Below are positions 7,747 through 16,937 of a stretch of 36,237 nt of DNA, piece by piece. Both the position numbers and the translations under genes were made by a program. The stretch is taken from contig JBDLKA010000029.1 of NCBI GenBank assembly GCA_039714075.1, forward strand, positions 1 to 36,237, written 5' to 3'. Numbering within the stretch: position 1 is the first letter of the stretch; the number at the start of each line of letters is the position of its first letter. Source of the stretch: Candidatus Krumholzibacteriota bacterium. Its GTDB lineage: Bacteria > Krumholzibacteriota > Krumholzibacteriia > LZORAL124-64-63. The notes under the pieces were generated by a model, which was not told the DNA's origin, did not search any database, and was given only the letters and a program-made list of their open reading frames with translations.

Positions 7747-9852
7747 ATGAGCGAGCAGGATCGTTTCGATTGGAATGACGACATGGAATTGGACTCCACC
7801 AACCCGGAGCAGGAGGACTTCGACGATTTCGAAGACCCTCTTGACGGGTTTGCGGACTACGATGACGTGTCCGGCTATGAAGACCTTTCCGAAATGGACG
7901 CTCCGACCTCGGGGGCCTCGGGCTCCGAAGAGAGTGCCGGGTCCGAAACGGCCGCGGCGGTGCCGGACGATATGGCGGAACAGAATGCCGCGGACGAAAC
8001 CAAGGCGACCGCCTTCGTCAAGAAGAAGCGGCGCCGGGGTATATCGGCCACCGGCCTGGGATTCCTGTTCACGGCTTCCATCCTGGTGGCCGGAGTGGGG
8101 GTCGGCGGGGCCATCCTGCTGGCCGAAGGCGTTCATCCGCGCACCTTGTGGCAGCCGGACAACCTGATGCAGGTCGACCAGTTGCTCAATTTCGCCGATC
8201 ATCCCTTGAACATCCTGTACATGGTCACCATGGGCATCGTCTTTTTGGCTTTGCTGGGCAGCTACAAGATGTCCCGGGCGGCGGTGGAGGCCAACCGACG
8301 CACCCTGGACGCCGAGAGCATGCTGGACCGCCTGACCGCCCTGGATCTGGACAACCAGAAACAGTGGCAGAGCCAGGAGTTCAAGGAGTTTCCTCCCGCC
8401 GAGGCTTTTGTGATCCGGACCCTGGGCGCCTGGCGTCTGCAGGAGGCCCGCCAGAAGCGGCTGATGGGTGTCGAGGGAGAACTCCACCGGCTCGAGAAGG
8501 CCCTGAACACGAATTCCCGCGAGGACTTGACCGGCCGCTTCGACCATCCCGCCGTGGGCCGCTTGTCCGATGAGATGGTCCGGTATTTCGACGCCCGGGA
8601 GGTGGCCGTCTCCAAGCTCCAGGACCACGAAAGCAAGGGCCACGAGAACACCGGTGAGATCCTGGACCTGTTGCAGAAATCCCGGCAGTGGAACGGCTCC
8701 ACTCTGGATCAACTTAGTGTCCAATGCGCCGCCCTGGATGAACTTTCGGGGCAGATGGACAATCTGGCCAGGCACATTGAAAAGGGTGCGGCCAAAACCG
8801 GAACCGGAACCCACGACAGCCTGACCGACATCATCGAAGCCATCCGCCGGGATCTCGACAACCGGACCACCGGTGGTGGAGCGGACGGCCAATCCTTGTC
8901 CGGGTTGAACGACCTGGTGGACAGGGGAAGCAAGCTGGCCTTCAAGATCGCCATGGAAGTGGCGCGCCTGGGGCCCCGCGGTGAACGGTTGCTGCCGATG
9001 AGCCAGTCCCTGGAAGACCTGACGACCGGTTTCCGCAAACTGGCCGACCGGGCGAACAACCAGGATGGCGACACCGGCCAGACCCCATCCTTCAGGAATG
9101 TCCACAAGAAGCTGGAAACCCTGGCGGCCCTGATTACCGAGGATGACCAGGCCCACCTGCGCGACCTGGCCGGGGAAGTCCCGGATTTCGGGCCGGCGGC
9201 GGCGAGGATTTCCAGCCAGCTGACCCGCATGGCCGATGGGTTCAACGAGCAGGAAGACCGGCTTGTCGGGATGGGCTCTTCCTTTGCGGAAATGACCGGC
9301 GCCGATTTCGATTCCACTTCGATTCCCCGTAAGGAATTGTCTGAGGCGCCGGTCGCTTCCCTGGATATCACCCGGGGCGGATCCCCGGCCAAGGAATCGG
9401 AACCGAGCGAATCCCCTGCGGAAATGGATCCTTTCGTTGCCTCGGATTCCCCTCTCATGTCCCCGGACGAAAAACCGGAGGACGCCGACTTGACGTCCCC
9501 GGTCCTTCCCGCTCCGGATGCCGATGGCCCGGCCAGGTTCAACCTGGATTCGGGCGATGCGGTGGATATGCCTCTTCCCGATGATGAGGAAAAGGTGTAC
9601 GATCTCGAGGAATTCGAAGCAGCCCCCGTCATGGAGCCGGAAGTCCAGGACACCGAAGAGGTGTTCGAGCTTTCCGATCTGGGTGGCGTTTCGATGGAGC
9701 AGGCGGCGGAACCAGACGCTGAAGAGGTTCACGATCTGGCCGAATTCGGAGCCATGCCCCTGGATCAGGCGGCGGTATCCGAGCCGGAGGAACCTGCTGA
9801 TGACGACATGGTCTACGACCTGGCGGATTTCAGCGCCAAGCCCCTGAATTGA
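7747..9852 (+). CDS. Two-TM membrane protein resembling a divergent methyl-accepting chemotaxis receptor, with acidic N- and C-terminal tails
   Basis: TM1 GLGFLFTASILVAGVGVGGAILLA after KKKRRR; TM2 ILYMVTMGIVFLALLGSY. HAMP-like DLTGRFDHPAVGRLSDEM. Coiled coil containing SKLAFKIAMEVARLGPRGERL...FRKLADR, similar to the MCP tip [21 protein letters not shown]...VRKLAER. CDS is secure; family call is moderate. Confidence 0.7.
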   Translation: MSEQDRFDWNDDMELDSTNPEQEDFDDFEDPLDGFADYDDVSGYEDLSEMDAPTSGASGSEESAGSETAAAVPDDMAEQNAADETKATAFVKKKRRRGISATGLGFLFTASILVAGVGVGGAILLAEGVHPRTLWQPDNLMQVDQLLNFADHPLNILYMVTMGIVFLALLGSYKMSRAAVEANRRTLDAESMLDRLTALDLDNQKQWQSQEFKEFPPAEAFVIRTLGAWRLQEARQKRLMGVEGELHRLEKALNTNSREDLTGRFDHPAVGRLSDEMVRYFDAREVAVSKLQDHESKGHENTGEILDLLQKSRQWNGSTLDQLSVQCAALDELSGQMDNLARHIEKGAAKTGTGTHDSLTDIIEAIRRDLDNRTTGGGADGQSLSGLNDLVDRGSKLAFKIAMEVARLGPRGERLLPMSQSLEDLTTGFRKLADRANNQDGDTGQTPSFRNVHKKLETLAALITEDDQAHLRDLAGEVPDFGPAAARISSQLTRMADGFNEQEDRLVGMGSSFAEMTGADFDSTSIPRKELSEAPVASLDITRGGSPAKESEPSESPAEMDPFVASDSPLMSPDEKPEDADLTSPVLPAPDADGPARFNLDSGDAVDMPLPDDEEKVYDLEEFEAAPVMEPEVQDTEEVFELSDLGGVSMEQAAEPDAEEVHDLAEFGAMPLDQAAVSEPEEPADDDMVYDLADFSAKPLN

Positions 9853-9853
9853 T

Positions 9854-9906
9854 TTCCGGTCCGGTGGGTCGAGGCCCGGGCCGAGGCCCAAGCCACCGGA
9901 TCGGGA
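9854..9906 (+). promoter_or_regulatory. 14-bp intergenic stem-loop covering the start region of the next gene
   Basis: 9854-9867 TTCCGGTCCGGTGG pairs with 9893-9906 CCACCGGATCGGGA (two G:U). No U-tail. Sits between stop 9852 and ATG 9908. Confidence 0.55.
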
Positions 9907-9907
9907 C

Positions 9908-10888
9908 ATGAACGGTTTGAATCAGAGCGAAATCGGCCCCGGCCAACTGGCCGATTATCTGGCGGAACTGCTGCAGCGGTTCCGCCATTTTTGTGGGACG
10001 CTCGAAGCCGTTCCCGGGATGGCTTCGCATCTGGCGCGCCTCAAGGTATCCGCCCGGCTGCTGGGTGCGGTGGCACGGCCCACCGAACCGGGCGGCGATG
10101 ATTTTACCAGGCTTGGCGGGGTTCTGGGCGAATGGGTGACCTGTTTCGAATCCTCGCCCGAATCATTCCCCCACCATCTGAATCATCCCTTTGAACGATT
10201 GGCCGACTACCTGGAGGAAATCCTGGCCGGAAGAGACCAGGGTGTTACGGCTGCCGTGTTGGCCGCCGATGGAGGCTGGGGCGCAGCGGTGGCCTCCTTT
10301 CGGAACGCGGGCACGCCGCTGGCCGTCCTGGAGGAGATTGATGACCAACTCCGCAGGTGGCAGGGCCGCTGGACGGAGGACAGCCTGACCCCCGTCCAGG
10401 AGCAGCAACTGCACCGCCGCTGGCTGAGTCTGAGAAAAAAGGGGGATGTCCTGTTCGGGGTTGTCGCAGCCGATCCTGCCGGAGTTGCCGGTCGCCAGGG
10501 ATCCGCGGACGGCGTCCCGGTATACCTGTTGCTGGTGGACAGTGGGTTTCGCCGGGATCAGATCAGGGAAAAACTCGCTCACCATGATTACCGGGTCGAA
10601 ATCCCCTGTGACCCCACCCAGGCCCTCGAGTTCCTGGCTGCCGGTCCGCCGCCCCGGGCGGTTCTGTGTGACAATCTGGAACCCACCCGGTACCTGGCCG
10701 GAGTGAGGGACGGCCTGTCGGCCCGGAGCGGTATGGTGTCGGTGCCCCTGGTTCTGGTCGTCGGAAGTTCCTCCGGCGGTTCGGCGGGATTGCAGAGGGC
10801 CCGGTCTCTGGGTGCGGCCGGCGCCTGGGGGGAACCCTACGACCCCGGCGACCTCCACCGCATATTGCAACGCCTTTCTCAGCCCTGA
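9908..10888 (+). CDS. Atypical response-regulator receiver protein with N-terminal helical (Hpt-like) region
   Basis: C-terminal REC pattern YLLLVD...ALEFL...AVLCD...VPLVLV...ARSLGAAG..GEPYD..DL. N-terminal LARLKVSARLLG resembles Hpt AHTLKGSAxxLG. Confidence 0.7.
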   Translation: MNGLNQSEIGPGQLADYLAELLQRFRHFCGTLEAVPGMASHLARLKVSARLLGAVARPTEPGGDDFTRLGGVLGEWVTCFESSPESFPHHLNHPFERLADYLEEILAGRDQGVTAAVLAADGGWGAAVASFRNAGTPLAVLEEIDDQLRRWQGRWTEDSLTPVQEQQLHRRWLSLRKKGDVLFGVVAADPAGVAGRQGSADGVPVYLLLVDSGFRRDQIREKLAHHDYRVEIPCDPTQALEFLAAGPPPRAVLCDNLEPTRYLAGVRDGLSARSGMVSVPLVLVVGSSSGGSAGLQRARSLGAAGAWGEPYDPGDLHRILQRLSQP

Positions 10889-10998
10889 GGTATCCTGCAC
10901 AGCCGGGCGGCATCCGACGATTCCCTCCAATTCCCGATGATTCCTGTTAAAGCCCTGGAAAAATGGGTTTTCCACCGTTTTGCCGCCACCCGGCAGGT

Positions 10999-11014
10999 GG
11001 GCATGGGAGTTGCA
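10999..11014 (+). promoter_or_regulatory. Candidate sigma-54 (-24/-12) promoter
   Basis: GGGCATGGGAGTTGCA closely matches TGGCAYRNNNNTTGCW. Intergenic, about 74 nt upstream of ATG 11088. Confidence 0.55.
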
Positions 11015-11087
11015 AGTTTCCCATATCGTGATGTGGCACGCATCGCAACTTGAACTCGAGAGAGAATCTAAGAAGGAGACATCCTCA

Positions 11088-11306
11088 ATGGCTGACTACA
11101 ATGATTCTTCCAGGATTTTCATCGGCGGAGAAGACAATTACGGTCAGGTGATGACCTCGGTCGAGGCCGCCGAATACCTGAAAATGCACGTCAAGACCGT
11201 GTGCCGCCTGGCAAAAGAAGGCAAAATCCCGGCCAAAAAGGTCGGCAGCGAATGGCGCTTCCTGCGTTCGGTCCTGGACCGGTGGCTGACCGAAACCCTG
11301 GTCTGA
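11088..11306 (+). CDS. Small HTH_17 (excisionase/BldC-like) DNA-binding protein, 72 aa
   Basis: VMTSVEAAEYLKMHVKTVCRLAKEGKIPAKKVGSEWRF. AAGGAG precedes ATG 11088; the ORF track's 10980 start is unlikely. Confidence 0.9.
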   Translation: MADYNDSSRIFIGGEDNYGQVMTSVEAAEYLKMHVKTVCRLAKEGKIPAKKVGSEWRFLRSVLDRWLTETLV

Positions 11307-11309
11307 TAC

Positions 11310-13556
11310 ATGGCCACACGGTTCAATCCCCTCAACCTCACTAGTCCGCGCCTGTTCGGCATCGGGCTGTCGGGCATCATCGGCCGCTCGGACAAGAGCA
11401 ACCTGCTCGATCTGGCCGACCGCTGCCTGAAAAAGGGAAAGGTCCACCTGATTCTGGATCTTTCCGGGCTCTCTTCCATGGGTGGCGGCGGCGCGGTCAT
11501 ACTCGCCGATTTCCAGCGTCGCTTGAACTCGGAGGGGGGCGAGGCGGTTTTCGTGGGTGCGGGGGAAGTGATCCGTCATTTCCTAGAGCTGAAGTTCGAG
11601 GATCTGCCGTTGCGGTTCTTCGGAACGGTTCCCGAGGCCGAAGAGGATCTGGCCGGAGCAGCTTCCGAACCGGCGGAACCGGCATCCGCTCCTGAAACTG
11701 AAAGTGAGCCCCCCGAGACGGCCGTTTCCCCGGTTGATGACAAGCCGGCAAAAAGCCCGCAAAAGAAATCGGCAGCGAAAGCGCCGGCGGCCAAGAAGTC
11801 CGGCGAAGCCCTGTCGGCCATGAACGAGGTTCTCGAGGAGTTCAACGGGCCTGCCGAGGAGGCTTCAGTCCGCCTGGGCCGGCGCAAGGACCATCAGTAT
11901 ACCTCTTTGGCCGAGGCGGTGGGTTCCCTGGGCAGTTGGACCGAGTACAAGGACCATTCCGATTACGCGGCCACCCTGCGCAACCTCCTTTTCAGCCACG
12001 GACTGGCTGAGGATGCCCATTTCCTGGTGGAACGGGAAGACATGATGGAGGATCCCGACCAGGAATGGCAACTGCCCATCGGTTGTTCACTGGTTCGCCA
12101 GCTGGAACAGGTGGGCACGCCCCTGACCATGCTGGACCTCCAGGAAGACGAACTGGAAGAGGACGAGGTTTGCCTGCTGGAGGAGATCAATCCCCAGATC
12201 ATCCTGCCGGTCATCCGTCAGGAAAAACTGGCGGCCATCCTCCTTCTCAATCGCGGGGGCGAGGAAAACGAGTACTCCGTCGCCGAACACTTCGCCCTGG
12301 AGTTGTTGCTGCAGATCCTGGAAAAAGGCGGGGACGCGGGTGCACCGGTCCCGGCCGGTGCCGACAATGCGGCCGCCGATTCCCCGGGAGGTCCGGATTC
12401 CGCCGGGCGCGGTCCGGAGGAAAACACCCTGCCGGATTCCTGGTCGCTACCCGAGGCTGACGACAGCGCGACGGCCAAGGTCCTGCTGACCCTGGCCCTG
12501 AATCTTCCCGACGCCGACGACCGTCCCCATTTCTGGAGGCTGTTCGCCAGGCACAGCTGGCCGGCCCTGCCGGTGCGCCACCTGGCGATCCTGGGTCCCG
12601 AGATGATGCGGCCCCAGGTCATGGTCGGGCGACATAGCCATTGGGAAAGCCTGGATCTGAGCAACCAGAAGATCCGCCAGTATTTCAGCAAGATGCAGCG
12701 CCCGGTCGAGACGGACAACATTCCGGCCACCTTCAAGTCCGTCAAGAATCGCCTCGCCGATTGCCAGGCTGACTGGATCGTCAATCTCAATTGGGAGGGC
12801 GAGTCCCTGGGAACGGCCATTCTCGGTCTTGACGAGGACTTCACCTGCGATGACCCGGAAGATCGGATCACTCAGATTTTCGGTGAGACGGCCAGGCTGC
12901 TGGCCCGGTTCGACGACAACAACGACAATGCCGACGGCAACCTGCATCTGGTCCGGATCCTGGTCGCGCAACGGGAAAAACGCTGTTTCGGCCACGACAA
13001 GCTGACCCAGGCGATCGTCGACCATGTCCACCGGCTGGCCCGGGTCATGGGTTTCCCGCCGGATCAGGAGCGGAGCCTTACCTACGGCTGCCTGCTGCGG
13101 GACATCGGTTTGCTGGACAAGGATGACGATCTGATGAAGCCGCCCGAGGAGATGGACCCGACCCAGTGGCCGGTGTACCGCCGCCATCCGGCCGACGGCG
13201 CCAAGCTTCTGGAGGGCCTCAACCTGCCCCAGACCATCGTGGATGTGGTTCATTGCCACCACGAACGGTTCAACGGGGAAGGGTTCCCCCGCGGACTGGA
13301 GGGGCGGGATATTCCCCTGGCCGCGCGGGTGGTGACGGTGGTGGAAAACTACGTCGCCATGGTCACCGGCACCAGCAGTCATGAACCCATCGCGCCGACG
13401 ACGGCCGCCCGGATATTGCGGGACAACCTGGGCCAGCGCTATGATCCGGATATCGTGGGTCTGTTCCTGGACGCCATATTGGGGGAAGGGGATCCTCCCC
13501 AGGAGAAAAAGCCCCGCAAGAAATCGGCAATCCGGAAAGTTCTGCAGAAGGCCTAA
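11310..13556 (+). CDS. STAS + GAF-like + degenerate HD-GYP domain protein
   Basis: N-terminal STAS (LILDLSGL...GGEAVFVG). GAF-like ILPVIRQEKLAAILLL. C-terminal LLRDIG, HPADGAKLL, HHERFNGEGFPRGLEGRDIPLAARVV, YDPDIV. Confidence 0.85.
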   Translation: MATRFNPLNLTSPRLFGIGLSGIIGRSDKSNLLDLADRCLKKGKVHLILDLSGLSSMGGGGAVILADFQRRLNSEGGEAVFVGAGEVIRHFLELKFEDLPLRFFGTVPEAEEDLAGAASEPAEPASAPETESEPPETAVSPVDDKPAKSPQKKSAAKAPAAKKSGEALSAMNEVLEEFNGPAEEASVRLGRRKDHQYTSLAEAVGSLGSWTEYKDHSDYAATLRNLLFSHGLAEDAHFLVEREDMMEDPDQEWQLPIGCSLVRQLEQVGTPLTMLDLQEDELEEDEVCLLEEINPQIILPVIRQEKLAAILLLNRGGEENEYSVAEHFALELLLQILEKGGDAGAPVPAGADNAAADSPGGPDSAGRGPEENTLPDSWSLPEADDSATAKVLLTLALNLPDADDRPHFWRLFARHSWPALPVRHLAILGPEMMRPQVMVGRHSHWESLDLSNQKIRQYFSKMQRPVETDNIPATFKSVKNRLADCQADWIVNLNWEGESLGTAILGLDEDFTCDDPEDRITQIFGETARLLARFDDNNDNADGNLHLVRILVAQREKRCFGHDKLTQAIVDHVHRLARVMGFPPDQERSLTYGCLLRDIGLLDKDDDLMKPPEEMDPTQWPVYRRHPADGAKLLEGLNLPQTIVDVVHCHHERFNGEGFPRGLEGRDIPLAARVVTVVENYVAMVTGTSSHEPIAPTTAARILRDNLGQRYDPDIVGLFLDAILGEGDPPQEKKPRKKSAIRKVLQKA

Positions 13557-13583
13557 TCTGATCCGGTCCCCGTGAAACGTGTC

Positions 13584-13624
13584 AGTGTCCCACCTCATGA
13601 TCGAGAGGTGGGACACTTTTTATT
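13584..13624 (+). terminator. Rho-independent terminator
   Basis: 13-bp perfect stem AGTGTCCCACCTC / GAGGTGGGACACT, 8-nt loop, then TTTTATT. Confidence 0.85.
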
Positions 13625-13753
13625 GAAAACCGGGACAGATTCGGGATGGTGATTCCGTAGAATTTTGATTCCCTCCGTAGGGTGATTTTTTAAGATGTTG
13701 CCGGTCAAGGGGATGAAAAAAGCCACCGCCGGTCGGTGCTTGGTTCCAGGTTT

Positions 13754-13769
13754 CGGCAAAAAGGTTGCA
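13754..13769 (+). promoter_or_regulatory. Candidate sigma-54 promoter in the long intergenic region before aroC
   Basis: CGGCAAAAAGGTTGCA (GG-N10-GC with TTGCA). Confidence 0.35.
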
Positions 13770-13910
13770 TGGCACCGGGAGCATGGCGATGGGGCTGGGA
13801 GGACTCATCGTTTGCGACCGAAGCGGCCGTCGTCCCGGTGCATGGGCGGACGGCGGCGGCTTCAGTTTAATAAATCCCCAAAAACGGCTCCGGAATATTC
13901 CGGCTGTCCG

Positions 13911-13939
13911 TTGCCAAGTTGCTCTGGTTCTGACATTAT
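13911..13939 (+). promoter_or_regulatory. Candidate sigma-70 promoter for aroC
   Basis: TTGCCA, 17-nt spacer, CATTAT with an extended -10 TGn. Confidence 0.45.
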
Positions 13940-14003
13940 GGCCATCAGTGGGTTCAAATATCGGACTTCACAATTACCTGTGAGTCCAGCCTGATGGAGA
14001 GTC

Positions 14004-15083
14004 ATGTCCAGCACCTTCGGCAGATTATTCAGGGTCACGACCTTCGGCGAGTCCCATGGCGGAGGTGTCGGCGTGGTGGTGGACGGTTGTCCTCCCGGGC
14101 TGGCCTTGACCACTGCCGATGTGCAGGGCCAGTTGGACCGCCGCCGTCCGGGTCAGGGTCCTTTGACCACGGACCGGAAGGAGTCCGACACCGTGGAATT
14201 CCTCTCGGGCATCGAGAAGGGTCTGACCCTCGGCAGCCCGCTTGCCCTGCTGACCCGCAACCGGGACATCAAGCCGGAAGACTATTCCAGCCTCGATGAT
14301 ATTCCGCGGCCGTCCCACGCGGATTTCACGACCCAGGCCAAATACGGCATCCGTTCTTCCAGCGGAGGAGGAAGGGCCAGCGCCCGGGAAACCTGGGCTC
14401 GTGTGGCGGCCGGAGCGGTGGCGGAAAAATGGTTGGCCGCTGAATTCGGTGTCATGATTGTCGCCTGGGTGGACAGTGTCGGGGAAGAGGGTCCCGCCGG
14501 CGTGGACCCCGGTTCGGTAACCCGCGACATGGTGGATGCGACGGCCATTCGCTGCCCTGACCAGCCCCTGGCCAAGGCCATGGAAAAGGTCGTCAAGGCG
14601 GCCCGGAAGGATCGGGATTCGGTTGGCGGCGTTGTTTCCTGCGTTTGCCGGGGTGTACCGGCGGGCTGGGGCGAACCGGTTTTCGACAAGATGGAAGCCC
14701 TGCTGGCCCAGGGTATGCTGTCGATACCCGCGGCCAAGGGATTCGAAATCGGATCGGGTTTCGGGGGCGCCCGGCAACGGGGCTCGGTCCACAACGATCC
14801 GTTTGTCCAGAAGCAGGAAGGGCTGGGCACTCTTACCAATAACAGCGGCGGCGTGCAGGGTGGCATCACCAACGGGGAACCGATCGTGTTCCGCGTGGCC
14901 TTCAAACCGCCGGCCACCATCGGCATCGCCCAGCAAACGGCCGACTTTTCCGGTTCGGAAACCACCCTGGAAGCCCGTGGCCGCCACGATCCCTGCGTGG
15001 TCCCCCGGGCGGTCCCCATCGTCGAGGCCATGACGGCCCTGGTCCTGGCGGACCTGGCGCTGATTCAACGCGCGCGCGGGTGA
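14004..15083 (+). CDS. aroC: Chorismate synthase
   Basis: [49 protein letters not shown]. Confidence 0.97.
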   Translation: MSSTFGRLFRVTTFGESHGGGVGVVVDGCPPGLALTTADVQGQLDRRRPGQGPLTTDRKESDTVEFLSGIEKGLTLGSPLALLTRNRDIKPEDYSSLDDIPRPSHADFTTQAKYGIRSSSGGGRASARETWARVAAGAVAEKWLAAEFGVMIVAWVDSVGEEGPAGVDPGSVTRDMVDATAIRCPDQPLAKAMEKVVKAARKDRDSVGGVVSCVCRGVPAGWGEPVFDKMEALLAQGMLSIPAAKGFEIGSGFGGARQRGSVHNDPFVQKQEGLGTLTNNSGGVQGGITNGEPIVFRVAFKPPATIGIAQQTADFSGSETTLEARGRHDPCVVPRAVPIVEAMTALVLADLALIQRARG

Positions 15084-15092
15084 CGGCCGGTC

Positions 15093-16127
<1,035 letters not shown>

Positions 16128-16130
16128 TTC

Positions 16131-16937
16131 CTATTCCTTTCCCGCAGACATCGCCGCGTTCATTTCCGTCAGGAACCCGGCGGCGGCTGCCACGGCCGCG
16201 GGGCCGGAGCCGGCGGCATCGATGGTACGGATCAGGGCACTGCCGACCACGGCGCCATCGGCGCAGGCGGCGACCCTGGCGGCCTGGGCGGGTTCGGCGA
16301 TGCCGAAACCCACGTAGAGAGGCAGGGGGTTGGCCCGGCGGACCCGGGCGACGTAATCCTCGAGGTTGTCTCCGGTTCCCGGCGCCGATCCCGTGACACC
16401 GGTGGTCGAGACCAGATACAGGAATCCGCCGGCGGCCGCCGCGTGTTCGGTCAGGCGGTTCTGGTCGGTTGTAGGAGCCACAAGGTCCACCAGATCCGTA
16501 TCCCGCGCCAGCAGGAGGTCCCGCAGTTCAGCGGATTCCTCCAGCGGCAGGTCCGGCACGATGACTCCGGCCACCTGGGCCTCGCCGCAGGCCTCGGCAA
16601 AAACCGGGAGTCCCATTTTCAGGAGGGGATTCAGGTATCCCATCAGAACCACGGTCAGATCGTGTTCTCTTGACGCCCGTGCGGCCAGGGCCAGGGTCCT
16701 GGTGAGGGTCATTCCCTGTTCCAGAACCTTCTGGGAAGCCGCCTGGATGACCGGTCCGTCGGCCACCGGGTCGCTGAAGGGAATCCCGATTTCCACCAGG
16801 GAGCATCCCGCGTCGGCGGCGGCGCCCATGACGCCCGCGAAGGTTTCGGGATCCGGGTAGCCCGCGGTCAGGAAGGGGACCAGGGGTTTGCGGCCTTCGG
16901 TGCGCAGACGTTGGGTCAAGGATGATAGACGGGTCAT
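16131..16937 (-). CDS. trpA: Tryptophan synthase alpha chain
   Basis: [53 protein letters not shown]. Confidence 0.97.
   Translation of the reverse strand: MTRLSSLTQRLRTEGRKPLVPFLTAGYPDPETFAGVMGAAADAGCSLVEIGIPFSDPVADGPVIQAASQKVLEQGMTLTRTLALAARASREHDLTVVLMGYLNPLLKMGLPVFAEACGEAQVAGVIVPDLPLEESAELRDLLLARDTDLVDLVAPTTDQNRLTEHAAAAGGFLYLVSTTGVTGSAPGTGDNLEDYVARVRRANPLPLYVGFGIAEPAQAARVAACADGAVVGSALIRTIDAAGSGPAAVAAAAGFLTEMNAAMSAGKE

Noticed and set aside
7696..9909. 737-aa antisense ORF
   Set aside because: Mirror of the receptor-like gene; stop-free antisense frames are expected with high GC at third codon positions.
11034..11047. TGGCACG as a second sigma-54 site
   Set aside because: The GC follows after 8 nt, not the required 10.
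11088..11306. Excisionase as a sign of a prophage or ICE
   Set aside because: No integrase, att repeat, tRNA 3'-end duplication or phage genes in the window.
13695..13994. Short ORFs in the gap before aroC
   Set aside because: Several overlapping frames with no motif or convincing coding signal.
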